In this document: one piece after another, positions 38,087-47,968 of the stretch | How the letters are laid out: each line of letters starts with the position of its first letter | Numbering within the stretch: position 1 is the stretch's first letter | Assembly (NCBI GenBank): GCA_041690295.1 | Contig: JAWLHR010000001.1 | Span: 1-64,000, forward strand | From: Bdellovibrionales bacterium | GTDB lineage: Bacteria; Bdellovibrionota; Bdellovibrionia; Bdellovibrionales; UBA1609 | DNA: 64,000 bases | Direction: 5' to 3' | Made by a program: the position numbers and the translations under genes | The notes under the pieces: model-generated | What the model was told of the DNA's origin: nothing | Seen by the model: the letters and a program-made list of their open reading frames with translations, nothing else | Database searches by the model: none

Positions 38087-39523
38087 CTAGAAGCTGATGG
38101 CAGCTTTCGTAACCAATCCAAACGCGAACTTAGATTCAAATTGCCCATCTCCCTCCCAAGCCGCGCCAGGAAAAAGGAACCCGGCCTGGTTCACCCACAT
38201 CACTCCCTTACGTGGACTGAAGTTCAGTGAGACGTCATATTCGAAACCTAAATCATGACTCGGATTGAAGTTGGCGCCAAGAGGATTTTCCGCCAACCGG
38301 CCCCAGATCAAAGTGTTGTCCACGCTCCAACGATCGTTGAAATAATAAGTGGCTGAAGGCGCGGCGTAGATCACATTGCTGATCGCTTCCACGTCGGCCC
38401 TGTTAATGCGATTGTCCGCTCCCCGCACGTTGCCTGTCACAAGCTGTGTGGAGAGGAAATCCGCGCGCCCCAGAGGTCGATTGAACATCAGCATACCGAT
38501 GTCATAGTTGCGGTCAAAAATGAAACCTTCGAACTTCGCCGGAGTGCCGGGATCATCACCGGACGCTGTTCCCGCTTTCAAGCCCCAGCGCCACTTGCTC
38601 TGCTCGGGGCGATAGGAAACTTCCGTCGCCACACCGAACCCACCCAAAGCAACATTATCGCCAGAAGCGGTCAAGACGCCGGAGTGGCCGGACTGGAATG
38701 CGGCCTCAAGTCCCAGCCGAATGTTCTCGCTGTCCCGAAGCGCGAAGATATTAACCGTTCTCATGTCCACGTCGCCGATCGCGCCCTGGTTGCCGGCGCC
38801 GCCCAGCGGATTACCCGCCGGCGCATCGCTACCTTGCGCGCTGGCTTTGCGCCAGTGATAAAACACGCCCAGCTGAAGATCCGTTTCCGGATTTTCGTAA
38901 TTGAACTGGAACATATAATCGTTCACGTCATCCGGTTGCTGGATATTGGATTCACTGGGTTTACCGAACATTGGCAAAAAGTAGAGATTGCCGACGATGA
39001 TTTTGTATCCCACCAAATCTCTCGTGTCGTACCAGTGATCGAATAATCCGCGACCCGCGTTGTGAGTCATACCTAAACCGAAGTGCAAGGGCGCGCGGCC
39101 AAGCAAAAGCGCGCCGTACTCTTGCGCGTGAGTCAGGTAGAGCTGCGTGACTTCGATGGTTTCCGACTTTTGCCGTTCGGATAAAGTGTTGGAGTCCTCA
39201 CCCGAATTGGTCGGCTTACCGGCGCCGATCCCCGATCCCCAAACCTGTCCCATTTGGGAATTGGGATAGCCGGCATTGTTCATGATGTTGAATTGTCCAT
39301 ATAAAGTGAGACCGTCACCGGCCACGATTTTGGGTCGCAAAATCAGGTGATGAAGACCATACGTCAGCTCACGATCTTCTCCGCTCAACTCGGAGTTCTT
39401 AATGAAGTTACCTTCGAAACGATAAAGTCCACTCCATTCGAGATCACCGGCACTCGCGGAATGTTGAAACAAACCCAAACTGAAAATGATGAGAGTTACG
39501 AAAAAGACTGCGTTTTTTTGCAT
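38087..39523 (-). CDS. Large outer-membrane beta-barrel (porin/alginate-export-like)
   Basis: Signal peptide, GRAPLHFGLG, alternating beta-strand pattern, C-terminal Phe (TKAAISF). Confidence 0.75.
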   Translation of the reverse strand: MQKNAVFFVTLIIFSLGLFQHSASAGDLEWSGLYRFEGNFIKNSELSGEDRELTYGLHHLILRPKIVAGDGLTLYGQFNIMNNAGYPNSQMGQVWGSGIGAGKPTNSGEDSNTLSERQKSETIEVTQLYLTHAQEYGALLLGRAPLHFGLGMTHNAGRGLFDHWYDTRDLVGYKIIVGNLYFLPMFGKPSESNIQQPDDVNDYMFQFNYENPETDLQLGVFYHWRKASAQGSDAPAGNPLGGAGNQGAIGDVDMRTVNIFALRDSENIRLGLEAAFQSGHSGVLTASGDNVALGGFGVATEVSYRPEQSKWRWGLKAGTASGDDPGTPAKFEGFIFDRNYDIGMLMFNRPLGRADFLSTQLVTGNVRGADNRINRADVEAISNVIYAAPSATYYFNDRWSVDNTLIWGRLAENPLGANFNPSHDLGFEYDVSLNFSPRKGVMWVNQAGFLFPGAAWEGDGQFESKFAFGLVTKAAISF

Positions 39524-39626
39524 CAAACCGCCCTCGACGTTTGCGAACAGACTAACATCGGACCCCACTCAGTCAAACAAAACATTCGGGGGCGGCTGCT
39601 TATCCTTTGAGCAGAATATTTTCAGA

Positions 39627-40172
39627 TCACGATGTCACAACGCCAAGAATGTCCTCTTCGCGCAGGATTAAGTAATCTTCATTTCCAAAGGTGATTTTGG
39701 TGCCCGAGTACTTGGGAAACAAAACCGTATCGCCGACATTCACGTCAAGCGGGCGAATGACGCCCTTTTTATTGCGACGTCCGCGACCTTTCGCGACCAC
39801 CTGCCCCCGGTCGGGCTGATCCGTGGCGGTGGTCGGAATAAAAATACCGCCGGCTGTTTTTGTCATCGGCTCCGCGACGCGAATCAGAACACGATCGTCC
39901 AACGGTGTCAGAATTCGGAAATCGCTTCGCTGCGGCGTTATCTTGGTTGGGCTCGTTACCGGAGCCACACGTGCCAATTTGGGTTTAATGGTCTTGGTTT
40001 TGGTTTTGGTTTTGGTTTTTGCGTTCGCGGTCTTGGTCTTTTTCACCGCGGCCGGTTTCGCCTTAACCGCTTTCTTGGCTTTGGCTTTGGCTTTCCCTTT
40101 GGCTTTGGTTTGAGAAGGTTTTACGGACTTCTTGGCTTTGACCGGTTTCTTTTTAGCTTTCTTAGTGGCCAC
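39627..40172 (-). CDS. groES: Co-chaperonin GroES with long Lys/Ala-rich N-terminal extension; no adjacent groEL
   Basis: PLDDRVLI, KTAGGIFIP, GDTVLFPKYSGT, LILREEDILGV; GTG start at 40172 inferred with GAGGAG upstream. Confidence 0.88.
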   Translation of the reverse strand: MATKKAKKKPVKAKKSVKPSQTKAKGKAKAKAKKAVKAKPAAVKKTKTANAKTKTKTKTKTIKPKLARVAPVTSPTKITPQRSDFRILTPLDDRVLIRVAEPMTKTAGGIFIPTTATDQPDRGQVVAKGRGRRNKKGVIRPLDVNVGDTVLFPKYSGTKITFGNEDYLILREEDILGVVTS

Positions 40173-40434
40173 GTCTCTGCATCTCCTCTTCAAAATACTT
40201 GGCGTAAAGAACATCCCATTCCGGACTGCCCTCGGGTACGCCCCGTTTGAGAGAGGTTACCCGTGCTTTCACGGCCTGGTCGATGTCCGCCAGTTCTTTA
40301 ACAAAATCACTGAGTCCTCTTTTAGCCGCGCGTAAAGCGGCATCGTCGTCCGAGTAATCCACCAGATCATCGTTCCAAATTCCATCCACGACAATCCGGG
40401 CCAGATGAGCCACACGGTCCTCACTCAGCATCAT
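40162..40434 (-). CDS. DUF507 family protein
   Basis: LSEDRVAHLA...VPEGSPEWDVLYAKYFEEE pattern. Confidence 0.8.
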   Translation of the reverse strand: MMLSEDRVAHLARIVVDGIWNDDLVDYSDDDAALRAAKRGLSDFVKELADIDQAVKARVTSLKRGVPEGSPEWDVLYAKYFEEEMQRRGH

Positions 40435-40709
40435 AGGATGATTCCCTTCTCCTTGGCCAAGCGCCGCTTGAGCATGGGAAACATCTTGTAGCGCTGAAAC
40501 CCACCCGGGTTTTGGCGTTCCAACTCATCCATCATCCGGTTCACTTCTTGATCCAATTCCGCTTCACGGTTGAAGTCTCCACGAATGATCGCGGCGGCCC
40601 GCTCTAAAACTGTTTCTTCTTTTTCCTTGAACTGAATGACGTTTTGATTCTTGAGTCCTTTTAAGATCGCTTCCGCCATGCGCTTTATCTGCTTATCGGA
40701 CACTTTCAT
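40431..40709 (-). CDS. DUF507 family protein
   Basis: REAELDQEVNRMM...YKMFPMLKRRLAKEKGIIL; tandem with the other DUF507 gene. Confidence 0.8.
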   Translation of the reverse strand: MKVSDKQIKRMAEAILKGLKNQNVIQFKEKEETVLERAAAIIRGDFNREAELDQEVNRMMDELERQNPGGFQRYKMFPMLKRRLAKEKGIIL

Positions 40710-40751
40710 GCCTTTGACTAAAGACATGGCGTTCCCTAATGTCAAGTGAGG

Positions 40752-42959
40752 ATGAAACGCTCAACTCAGATTTTAATCGTCGGTGCCTGCGCCTTCGCGG
40801 TCCTGGCCATCTCCGTCGGCGTCTTCGTCACCAACTCCTTACAGGCCAAAATCAACAAACGGATGGAAAAGGGTTGGGTTCTTCCGCCTTTGGAACTTTA
40901 CTCCCAAGGCATCGCGCTGGCCACCAGTCGGCGCATGCCCCTCGACACCATTCTAAGCACCTTGGAACGCAAGGGATTAAATCAGGATCGGGATTATTTT
41001 CTCCGTGAGGGCGCGGACAACTGCCGCGAACTGGCCCGCGTCTCCCTTAATGAAAACGCGGATCGCTGTCTGCTCATTCGCTCTCCCGCGACCCTGATCA
41101 CTTGGGATGCGGAGGGTTGGATTCTGGATATCTGGCGAGGGGATCCTTGGTCGCAGGTCACCAGCTTGAATCTGTTCCCCGAACTGATCACCCAGTTTTA
41201 CGACGGGCAGCCGATCCTGCAGCGAAACGCGCCGTTAAGTGAAATCCCGTTGGCTTGCAAGCAGGCGGTTCTGGCGATCGAGGATAAAGATTTTCTTGAA
41301 CATAAAGGCGTCAGCGCCAGTGGCATCCTGAGAGCCATGGTTCGCAACCTTAAAGCCGGCCGCTTCGCCGAGGGCGGAAGCACCATCACCCAACAGCTGG
41401 TGAAAAACTTCTTTCTCACCAGCAAAAAAACTCTCCGGCGCAAAGTCGAAGAACAGCTTCTGGCCCTGCTCCTTGAATCGCAAAAAGACAAGGACACGAT
41501 TCTCGAAATGTACCTGAATGTGATTTACATGGGGCAAAGCGGCCCCTATCAGGTGCGCGGATTCGGCAGCGCCGCCCACACCTATTTTGACAAGACGGTT
41601 TCGCAATTGAACTTGGCGGAATGCGCGCTGTTGGCCGCGATCATCAACAGCCCGGGACGTTACTCGCCTTTCGATAAACCCGATGCCGCCTCCGCGCGAC
41701 GTGAACTTGTTTTTCGCAAAATGCTCGAATTGGAAATGGTGAATGAAGATGAAGTGGCTTCGGCGCGGAAAGTGGCCCTTCCCAAAAAAGCTCCGGCGGA
41801 CCGACGCACGCACGCTCCCTATTTCGTCATGAGCGCCTTGCGCGAATTTGAAAGCTGGGACATTGACTATGAGAACGGCGCGCGACTCTACACCACGCTG
41901 GATCCGCACGTTCAATCGCGCACTCTCAGAGCAATCAATAAGACTCTCCCCGAGGTCGAGAAGCGAATCAAAAACCCGCCAAACCAGCCGTTACAAGTGG
42001 CGGCCATCGTGGCGGATATTGAATCCGCCGAAGTTCTCGCCCTGGTGGGTGGTCGCGATTATCGCCACACACAATTCAACCGCGCGATCGACAGCCGGAG
42101 ACAAATCGGATCGGTTGTGAAACCTTTCGTGTTTTACCCGGCTTTGAAAAACGGCACTCCGTTGGACCCGGTTCATGATGATCCGTTTGAGTGGAAAGTC
42201 GGCCGTCAGGTTTGGAAGCCCAAAAATTACGATGGAAAAGGTTGGGGCCGCGTTCCCCTGTTTTGGGCGCTCGCCCAATCGTTGAATCTCGCCACCGCAC
42301 GACTCGGGCAACAGGTGGGACTTGATCAAGTCAGCGAGACTTTGGAGTCCTCGGGCCTCACCGGAAAAATCCCCGATCTCCCGTCGGTGACCTTGGGGGC
42401 GCTGGAACTTTCCCCCATGGAAGTGGCGCAGTCTTACTTAACTCTCGCCCGAATGGGCCGGCTTGAAAAACTCCATCTGCTCACTCGCGCCGAAGACACG
42501 AACGGAGAGATTCTTTTTGAGTATCAACCTTCACATGAGCAGTCGCTCGATCCAGCGACAAGCGCGATGGTTGTGGGTGTTCTTCGTCAGGCCATCGAAA
42601 TGGGTACGGCACGGGCGGCCCGACTTTGGGGACTCAAGGGTGATTTCGCCGGAAAGACCGGAACAACCAGTGACACCAAGGACGCCTGGTTCGTTGGCTT
42701 CAACTCACGCCTGCTGGCCGTGGTTTGGGTCGGTTATGACGATAACACCGCCATGAATTTAACCGGTGCCAGCGCCGCCCTGCCTGTCTGGGTGGAAATC
42801 ATCAAGAACATCCAGGATCAATATCGAGCCACCGGATTCAATTGGCCCCCCGGAGTCAGTGTCCGCACGCTCAGCAAACCCGAACTGGCTCGGGAATATC
42901 CGCAGATCCCCAACTGGCCTGAAGAAATAGAATTGATTTTCGGTGACTGGGCCTCTTGA
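40752..42959 (+). CDS. Class A penicillin-binding protein (PBP1B-like transglycosylase/transpeptidase)
   Basis: AIEDKDF, GGSTITQQLVKN, RKVEE, YLNVIYMG; SVVK, SLN, KTGT transpeptidase motifs. Confidence 0.95.
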   Translation: MKRSTQILIVGACAFAVLAISVGVFVTNSLQAKINKRMEKGWVLPPLELYSQGIALATSRRMPLDTILSTLERKGLNQDRDYFLREGADNCRELARVSLNENADRCLLIRSPATLITWDAEGWILDIWRGDPWSQVTSLNLFPELITQFYDGQPILQRNAPLSEIPLACKQAVLAIEDKDFLEHKGVSASGILRAMVRNLKAGRFAEGGSTITQQLVKNFFLTSKKTLRRKVEEQLLALLLESQKDKDTILEMYLNVIYMGQSGPYQVRGFGSAAHTYFDKTVSQLNLAECALLAAIINSPGRYSPFDKPDAASARRELVFRKMLELEMVNEDEVASARKVALPKKAPADRRTHAPYFVMSALREFESWDIDYENGARLYTTLDPHVQSRTLRAINKTLPEVEKRIKNPPNQPLQVAAIVADIESAEVLALVGGRDYRHTQFNRAIDSRRQIGSVVKPFVFYPALKNGTPLDPVHDDPFEWKVGRQVWKPKNYDGKGWGRVPLFWALAQSLNLATARLGQQVGLDQVSETLESSGLTGKIPDLPSVTLGALELSPMEVAQSYLTLARMGRLEKLHLLTRAEDTNGEILFEYQPSHEQSLDPATSAMVVGVLRQAIEMGTARAARLWGLKGDFAGKTGTTSDTKDAWFVGFNSRLLAVVWVGYDDNTAMNLTGASAALPVWVEIIKNIQDQYRATGFNWPPGVSVRTLSKPELAREYPQIPNWPEEIELIFGDWAS

Positions 42960-42984
42960 CAATAAAATTTATGGAACCTATAAG
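42956..42984 (+). promoter_or_regulatory. Sigma70-like promoter
   Basis: TTGACA-N17-TATAAG, 8 nt before GTG 42993. Confidence 0.6.
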
Positions 42985-42992
42985 CACGCCTT

Positions 42993-43247
42993 GTGGAAAT
43001 TTGGTTTCGAGCCTTAATCCTAATATTTATTACATGGCTGACTCCCTCGCTGGCCATGGAGGTGGCGAGTCTCAGCCCTGACCGGTTTGAACGGAGCCCC
43101 ACTTCGGTTCAGGATTTATTCCCTAGTTTAGATACTTTATCTTGCACACCGAAATGCGATGGCCCACCTGAATGCGGCCATCACAAGACCATGACGGCCT
43201 GCCTGGAAGACGGCATGCTCGACGACTGTTTTTGGTCCTGTGAGTAG
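42993..43247 (+). CDS. Small secreted Cys-rich protein
   Basis: Signal peptide ...WLTPSLA; six Cys in the last 34 residues. Confidence 0.65.
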   Translation: MEIWFRALILIFITWLTPSLAMEVASLSPDRFERSPTSVQDLFPSLDTLSCTPKCDGPPECGHHKTMTACLEDGMLDDCFWSCE

Positions 43248-43362
43248 CTCAGACGCCGAAAATCGGCACGATCTCACCCTGTCCTATATTTAATTGGTCC
43301 CAAAACGGGCATGTTATTTGAATAATTTACAGCCGGCAGATGAGCCTGCCGGAGGAATTCCT

Positions 43363-44235
43363 ATGACCCAACGTAAACTCTTTGGCATCGGATCGATTAT
43401 CGTTCTGGCCGTAATTTTCTGCGTGATCGGCTGTGGCGACGGCCAACGAACCAATAAAACCCGGGTCCAAAAGATTCCCATCGGCAGCTCCGGCAGCAAA
43501 GATATCAAAGAAAAATCGAAAATCCTCGATCAGGTTGAACAACAAATCACGCAATTGGAAGAAGCCGGCCAAGCGGTCGCCCAGTTCGAAGATGGTGAAT
43601 ACAAACTCGAATCGATAACCACGCACTTTCGCTATATGGATAACAAAGACGTGTCCACCGCCGCGGGGATTCGCACGTCCAAAGTGGAATTCATCAATAA
43701 CGAACCCAAAATCCTGGATGCTCCCACCGAAGGCACCGGTCTTGTCGCCAATGACACGGACTCCGGCCAGCACTTTACAATTCCAGTGACTTTCACCGTC
43801 GTGAATGCCGCGGTCACCAACGCTCAAACCAAAGGATTTTTCACCAGCTTCCAAGCGCTTTCTTCGAAGCCGAAATTGAACGCGGAGTTCCGCGCCGATG
43901 GCGGTGAGTTCAGCATTCTCGATATTTACGGACAGAATGCTCCGCAACCCATCAAAGACGGCACGGTGGATATGCGTTTAATTAAACTCTCGCAAACCCA
44001 ATTTCGCATTCGCCTGATCTTTGATCGAACCGACAGTAATAATCAGAATCTCGCCTTTGGACGAACGGTGTTGTTGACCTATTCGCTGAAAGCCAATTCC
44101 GCGGCACCGGCGCCAGAAAACACAAACACCACACCCGAACCCACCGGCGAGCCCGCGACTTCCGAGACGCCGGCCAACGCCGCTGGTCTTCCCGAGTTTC
44201 AGCCCTTGTTCGGTGATCAGAATTCAGACAACTGA
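43363..44235 (+). CDS. Hypothetical lipoprotein
   Basis: SD GGAGG; lipobox VIGC. Confidence 0.75.
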   Translation: MTQRKLFGIGSIIVLAVIFCVIGCGDGQRTNKTRVQKIPIGSSGSKDIKEKSKILDQVEQQITQLEEAGQAVAQFEDGEYKLESITTHFRYMDNKDVSTAAGIRTSKVEFINNEPKILDAPTEGTGLVANDTDSGQHFTIPVTFTVVNAAVTNAQTKGFFTSFQALSSKPKLNAEFRADGGEFSILDIYGQNAPQPIKDGTVDMRLIKLSQTQFRIRLIFDRTDSNNQNLAFGRTVLLTYSLKANSAAPAPENTNTTPEPTGEPATSETPANAAGLPEFQPLFGDQNSDN

Positions 44236-44313
44236 TTCGGGTGTTTTCTTACCGGCGGAATCGTTGACATACGTGAAATTTATATAAGACGTGATTGGGC
44301 TCTTGGCAGACTG

Positions 44314-44373
44314 GTGTCACTCTGACACTTATAGATTGCAGCTGAGGGTCCTTGTGCTGGCGCCTTGATTGCT
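44314..44373 (+). promoter_or_regulatory. Sigma54 promoter with upstream palindrome
   Basis: CTGGCGCCTTGATTGCT at 44357-44373 (GG-N10-GC); perfect palindrome GTGTCA-CTC-TGACAC at 44314-44328. Confidence 0.7.
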
Positions 44374-44416
44374 TATCCCAATCAGTCAAGGAAGCCTCGG
44401 CTCAAGGAGTGAGCGG

Positions 44417-46351
44417 ATGTCGGTCACCTTTCATGAAAACCTGCAGAACCGTTGGCAACGGCTCCGGAGAAGCTGGCTGAAAAACCGATGGGTTCATCAC
44501 GGGTTACGGCTGGCTTTCGCCCTTCTCATCACGGTTCTGCTTTATCCGTTCAAACTGTATCAACTGGAAGCCGTCGCCTACGACTGGCGCATGCAACTGA
44601 GCCCTCGCCCGAAAGCCTCCGATCACATCGTACTTTTGCCGATTGAAGTCGAAACCATGCGCCGCTTGAAACGGGAGCCGGAAGCCTTGGATTGGGCCGT
44701 GGTGCTGCAGAAGCTGGCTCAGGCTCGGCCCGCCGCCGTGGTAACCTTTATTAATCCGTCGCAAATCCAAGGTTCCTATGACGAACTGTCAATGCTTTCG
44801 GATATCGCCGCCCGTTTACCGATTTACTTCGGTGAAAACGATCTTCCTAAAACCGGAAGCGCGGGACTGGATCCGCTCGCGGCGCCTTTTGAGAATCTCC
44901 CGGTTGAACCCGCGCCCAAAACCGCGGATCGCACCGTACTCGCCAAAGACGGTGTCACTCGCCGGTTGATTCTCACCTACGAAGATCAATTCACCCTGCT
45001 CCCGCGGCTGGCCCGGCAGTTCAACGGAATTGAATCGGTACTCGATTACGGCGGTACGTTTCAGTTTCTGGATTCAACCCAGTTGTTGATTCGCTTCCGG
45101 GCCAAAGGCAGTTACTCAACTTTGAAATTCATCGATGCGCTCGAGCAGCCGTTGGATCCGGAACTGGTCCGGAACAAAATCGTGATGATCGGCAAAGATA
45201 CGTTGGAAAACGGCGCCGATTACGGAACCACACCGCTTTCCAAGGAGTTGCTCGCGCTCAGCAATCTGGAAATTCACGCCAACTCGCTGGATACGTTGAT
45301 TCAAAATCAAGCGCCCCGCGTGGCTCCACCCTGGCTGAAACTCGTCTTCACGTTCCTGATCTCCCTATTGACCATATACATCGTCTTGTATGTTCGGCCG
45401 GGCAAGGGTCTCTTTCTTCTGGCGCTCACGGTTGGCGCTTACCTGCTCTTTGGCGTTCTCACTTTCGCCACGATGAGCTGGATGATTCCGGTGGCCCATC
45501 CGCTGGTGGCCGTGTTCATCTGTTATTACTTCGTCATTCCCTATCGTTTGATCATCGAGAACCGGAAGAGCTGGGAGTATTACCAGAAAAACCGGCTCCT
45601 TGAGCAGGTCGAGGAACTCAAGAGTAATTTCATGCGGATGATGTCGCATGATTTGAAAACCCCGCTCGCCCGGATCCAGGGCATGGTTGAAGTCATTCGC
45701 AAAAATGAATCGGCCTTGAGTTCCACTCAAAAAATGGCGCTTGAAACCATCGCTCAATCCAGTGATGAGCTGACGGAGTTCATTGGTTCGATTCTGTCGT
45801 TATCGCGAATTGAAAGCAAAGAGATGAAGCTGCATTTAAAGAGCCGGGATATCAATCAGCTGATCCGGCAAGCGGCCGCGAAGTTGGAGTTCATGGCGAA
45901 GAAGCGCCGGACCGAAGTGGTTTTGGAACTTGAACCGCTTTTCAGTATTCCGATCGACCCGGATCTGATCACCACGGTTTTCACCAATTTGATCGAAAAT
46001 GCCATTAAATATTCCCCCGAGGACACCAAGGTCCTGGTCACGACCGAGGAGATCGATGGTGAAGTGATCATCCAGGTGGCCGATCAGGGTCACGGCATTC
46101 CGGCCGAAGAGATCGATCGGATTTTCGAGCGATTTTACCGCGCGCGGGATAATCGCGGTAAGACCGCCGGCAATGGGCTCGGGCTCTACCTGGCCAAATA
46201 CTTCGTGGAACTTCACAACGGGCGCATCGAGGTGGAAAGTGAGATCAACAAAGGATCCACATTCACGGTTCGGCTGCCCATGAACTTGAGCAAAGAAACG
46301 GACTTAAAAGGATTCAACGAACAACTGGAACGAGGAGAGATCCATGCATAA
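44417..46351 (+). CDS. CHASE2-domain sensor histidine kinase
   Basis: YDWRMQL, DGVTRR, VRNKIVMIG, EIHANSLDTL (CHASE2); three TM helices; SHDLKTPL, NAIKY, GNGLGL. Confidence 0.9.
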   Translation: MSVTFHENLQNRWQRLRRSWLKNRWVHHGLRLAFALLITVLLYPFKLYQLEAVAYDWRMQLSPRPKASDHIVLLPIEVETMRRLKREPEALDWAVVLQKLAQARPAAVVTFINPSQIQGSYDELSMLSDIAARLPIYFGENDLPKTGSAGLDPLAAPFENLPVEPAPKTADRTVLAKDGVTRRLILTYEDQFTLLPRLARQFNGIESVLDYGGTFQFLDSTQLLIRFRAKGSYSTLKFIDALEQPLDPELVRNKIVMIGKDTLENGADYGTTPLSKELLALSNLEIHANSLDTLIQNQAPRVAPPWLKLVFTFLISLLTIYIVLYVRPGKGLFLLALTVGAYLLFGVLTFATMSWMIPVAHPLVAVFICYYFVIPYRLIIENRKSWEYYQKNRLLEQVEELKSNFMRMMSHDLKTPLARIQGMVEVIRKNESALSSTQKMALETIAQSSDELTEFIGSILSLSRIESKEMKLHLKSRDINQLIRQAAAKLEFMAKKRRTEVVLELEPLFSIPIDPDLITTVFTNLIENAIKYSPEDTKVLVTTEEIDGEVIIQVADQGHGIPAEEIDRIFERFYRARDNRGKTAGNGLGLYLAKYFVELHNGRIEVESEINKGSTFTVRLPMNLSKETDLKGFNEQLERGEIHA

Positions 46352-47825
46352 GGTTTTAGTTTGTGATGACGACGCGGGACTTCGCCTGAGTGTCGCTTCG
46401 GCCCTGGCCGCCACCGGCCGCTTCGAGGTCGATGAAGCGTTCGACGGCGTGAACGCCATCGAAAAAATCAAAAGCAAGACCTATAATATGGTTCTTCTCG
46501 ATGTCGATATGCCACGCATGTCGGGAATGGAAGCCCTTAAAATCATCAAGGATCATGATCCGTCGATCATCGTGCTGATCCTCACCGCTTACGCCAACAT
46601 CGACGACGCCGTTCGCGCGGTGAAAGAAGGCGCCTATAACTACGTTTCGAAACCCATTAAAAGCGAGGATCTGGTCGGCGTGGTGGATCGCGCGATCAAT
46701 GCTTACAGTTTGATATCGCAGGCCACGGCGTCGTTCTCGCTGCAACTCGAAGCGGGCCGCGAAATCATCGGGCAAACCTCCCAAATGAAGAAAGTCTTCA
46801 GCGTGATCATGCGCTTAAGCAAAGTGGACACGCCGGTTTTGATCCGCGGCGCTTCCGGAACAGGTAAGGAACTGGTGGCGCGCGCCATTCACTCCAACTC
46901 TTCGTTCAAAGACGGTAAATTCGTGGCCCTTAACTGCTCCGCCATTCCCGAAAATCTTTTCGAAAGTGAATTGTTCGGACATGAAAAAGGCGCCTTCACC
47001 GGCGCCGATCAAAGAAAGATCGGTAAGTTTCAATACGCTGAAGGTGGCACACTCTTTCTCGATGAGATCGGTGATTTGCCCCTTTTGATGCAGGTTAAAC
47101 TTCTGCGGGTCTTGCAGGAAAAGGTCTTCACGCCGATCGGCTCGAATCGCGAGATCGAGTCCAATGTTCGGATCATCGCCGCCACCAACCGGCCGCTGGA
47201 AGAAATGATCAAAAAAGGAACCTTCCGCGAAGACCTCTATTATCGTCTGAACGTGATGCCGATTCACCTGCCCTCGCTGGCCGAACGGCGAAGCGACATC
47301 GATCACCTCGTGGGCCTGTTCATTCAGAAATTCAACCGCGCCCAGGGAAAGAAAATCATCGGCGTCGCCCCCGAAGCCTTGAATGTGCTCAAGAAATACG
47401 ATTGGCCGGGAAATATCCGGGAGCTTGAAAACATCATCGAACACGCCTTCATTCTCGAAGAAAGCAACATGTTGCAGGTCAGTTCGTTGCCGGAATCGAT
47501 TTTAACCGCGACGGGGACCGAATTATCCGCCGCGCAAATGCGAGCGCGGGAAGAACTCATGAAACAGGAAAACACGGCGGAGGAAACTGAACTTAAATCG
47601 GCGCCGGAACCTGAATCGAGTTCGGAAGATCTGATCAAGATCAGCGGTGATAATCTGGATTTCAATAAACACAAGGAAGCGTTCGAGCGGGAGTTTATCA
47701 TTAAAGCGCTGAAAATGTTCAAGGGCCGAATTAATCAAACGGCGTTGCACGCGAATATTCCGAAAAAAACGCTGTTGCGCAAAATTGAGAAGTACGGAAT
47801 CAATGCCCGCGATTACGCCGAGTAA
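46344..47825 (+). CDS. Sigma54-dependent response regulator (NtrC family)
   Basis: REC domain, GASGTGKE, ESELFGHEKGAFTGA, FLDEIGD, WPGNIREL, C-terminal HTH. Confidence 0.95.
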   Translation: MHKVLVCDDDAGLRLSVASALAATGRFEVDEAFDGVNAIEKIKSKTYNMVLLDVDMPRMSGMEALKIIKDHDPSIIVLILTAYANIDDAVRAVKEGAYNYVSKPIKSEDLVGVVDRAINAYSLISQATASFSLQLEAGREIIGQTSQMKKVFSVIMRLSKVDTPVLIRGASGTGKELVARAIHSNSSFKDGKFVALNCSAIPENLFESELFGHEKGAFTGADQRKIGKFQYAEGGTLFLDEIGDLPLLMQVKLLRVLQEKVFTPIGSNREIESNVRIIAATNRPLEEMIKKGTFREDLYYRLNVMPIHLPSLAERRSDIDHLVGLFIQKFNRAQGKKIIGVAPEALNVLKKYDWPGNIRELENIIEHAFILEESNMLQVSSLPESILTATGTELSAAQMRAREELMKQENTAEETELKSAPEPESSSEDLIKISGDNLDFNKHKEAFEREFIIKALKMFKGRINQTALHANIPKKTLLRKIEKYGINARDYAE

Positions 47826-47968
47826 CTGTGGACAACTCTGTTGATATCCCGTGGATCCAATTGGGGCTTTCGGATCCGTCAAAGGATTTCTGATTCCGCG
47901 CCGGGAAATTCGCAATTTCGACAAAAAACATTGCGGATGCTGAAGAGGCTTTCTACGCTCTTTTGTCT

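Noticed and set aside
39988..40100. TTTTGG/CTTTGG hexamer repeats as a possible array
   Set aside because: They are simply the codons of the KTKTKT/KAKAKA tail of GroES.
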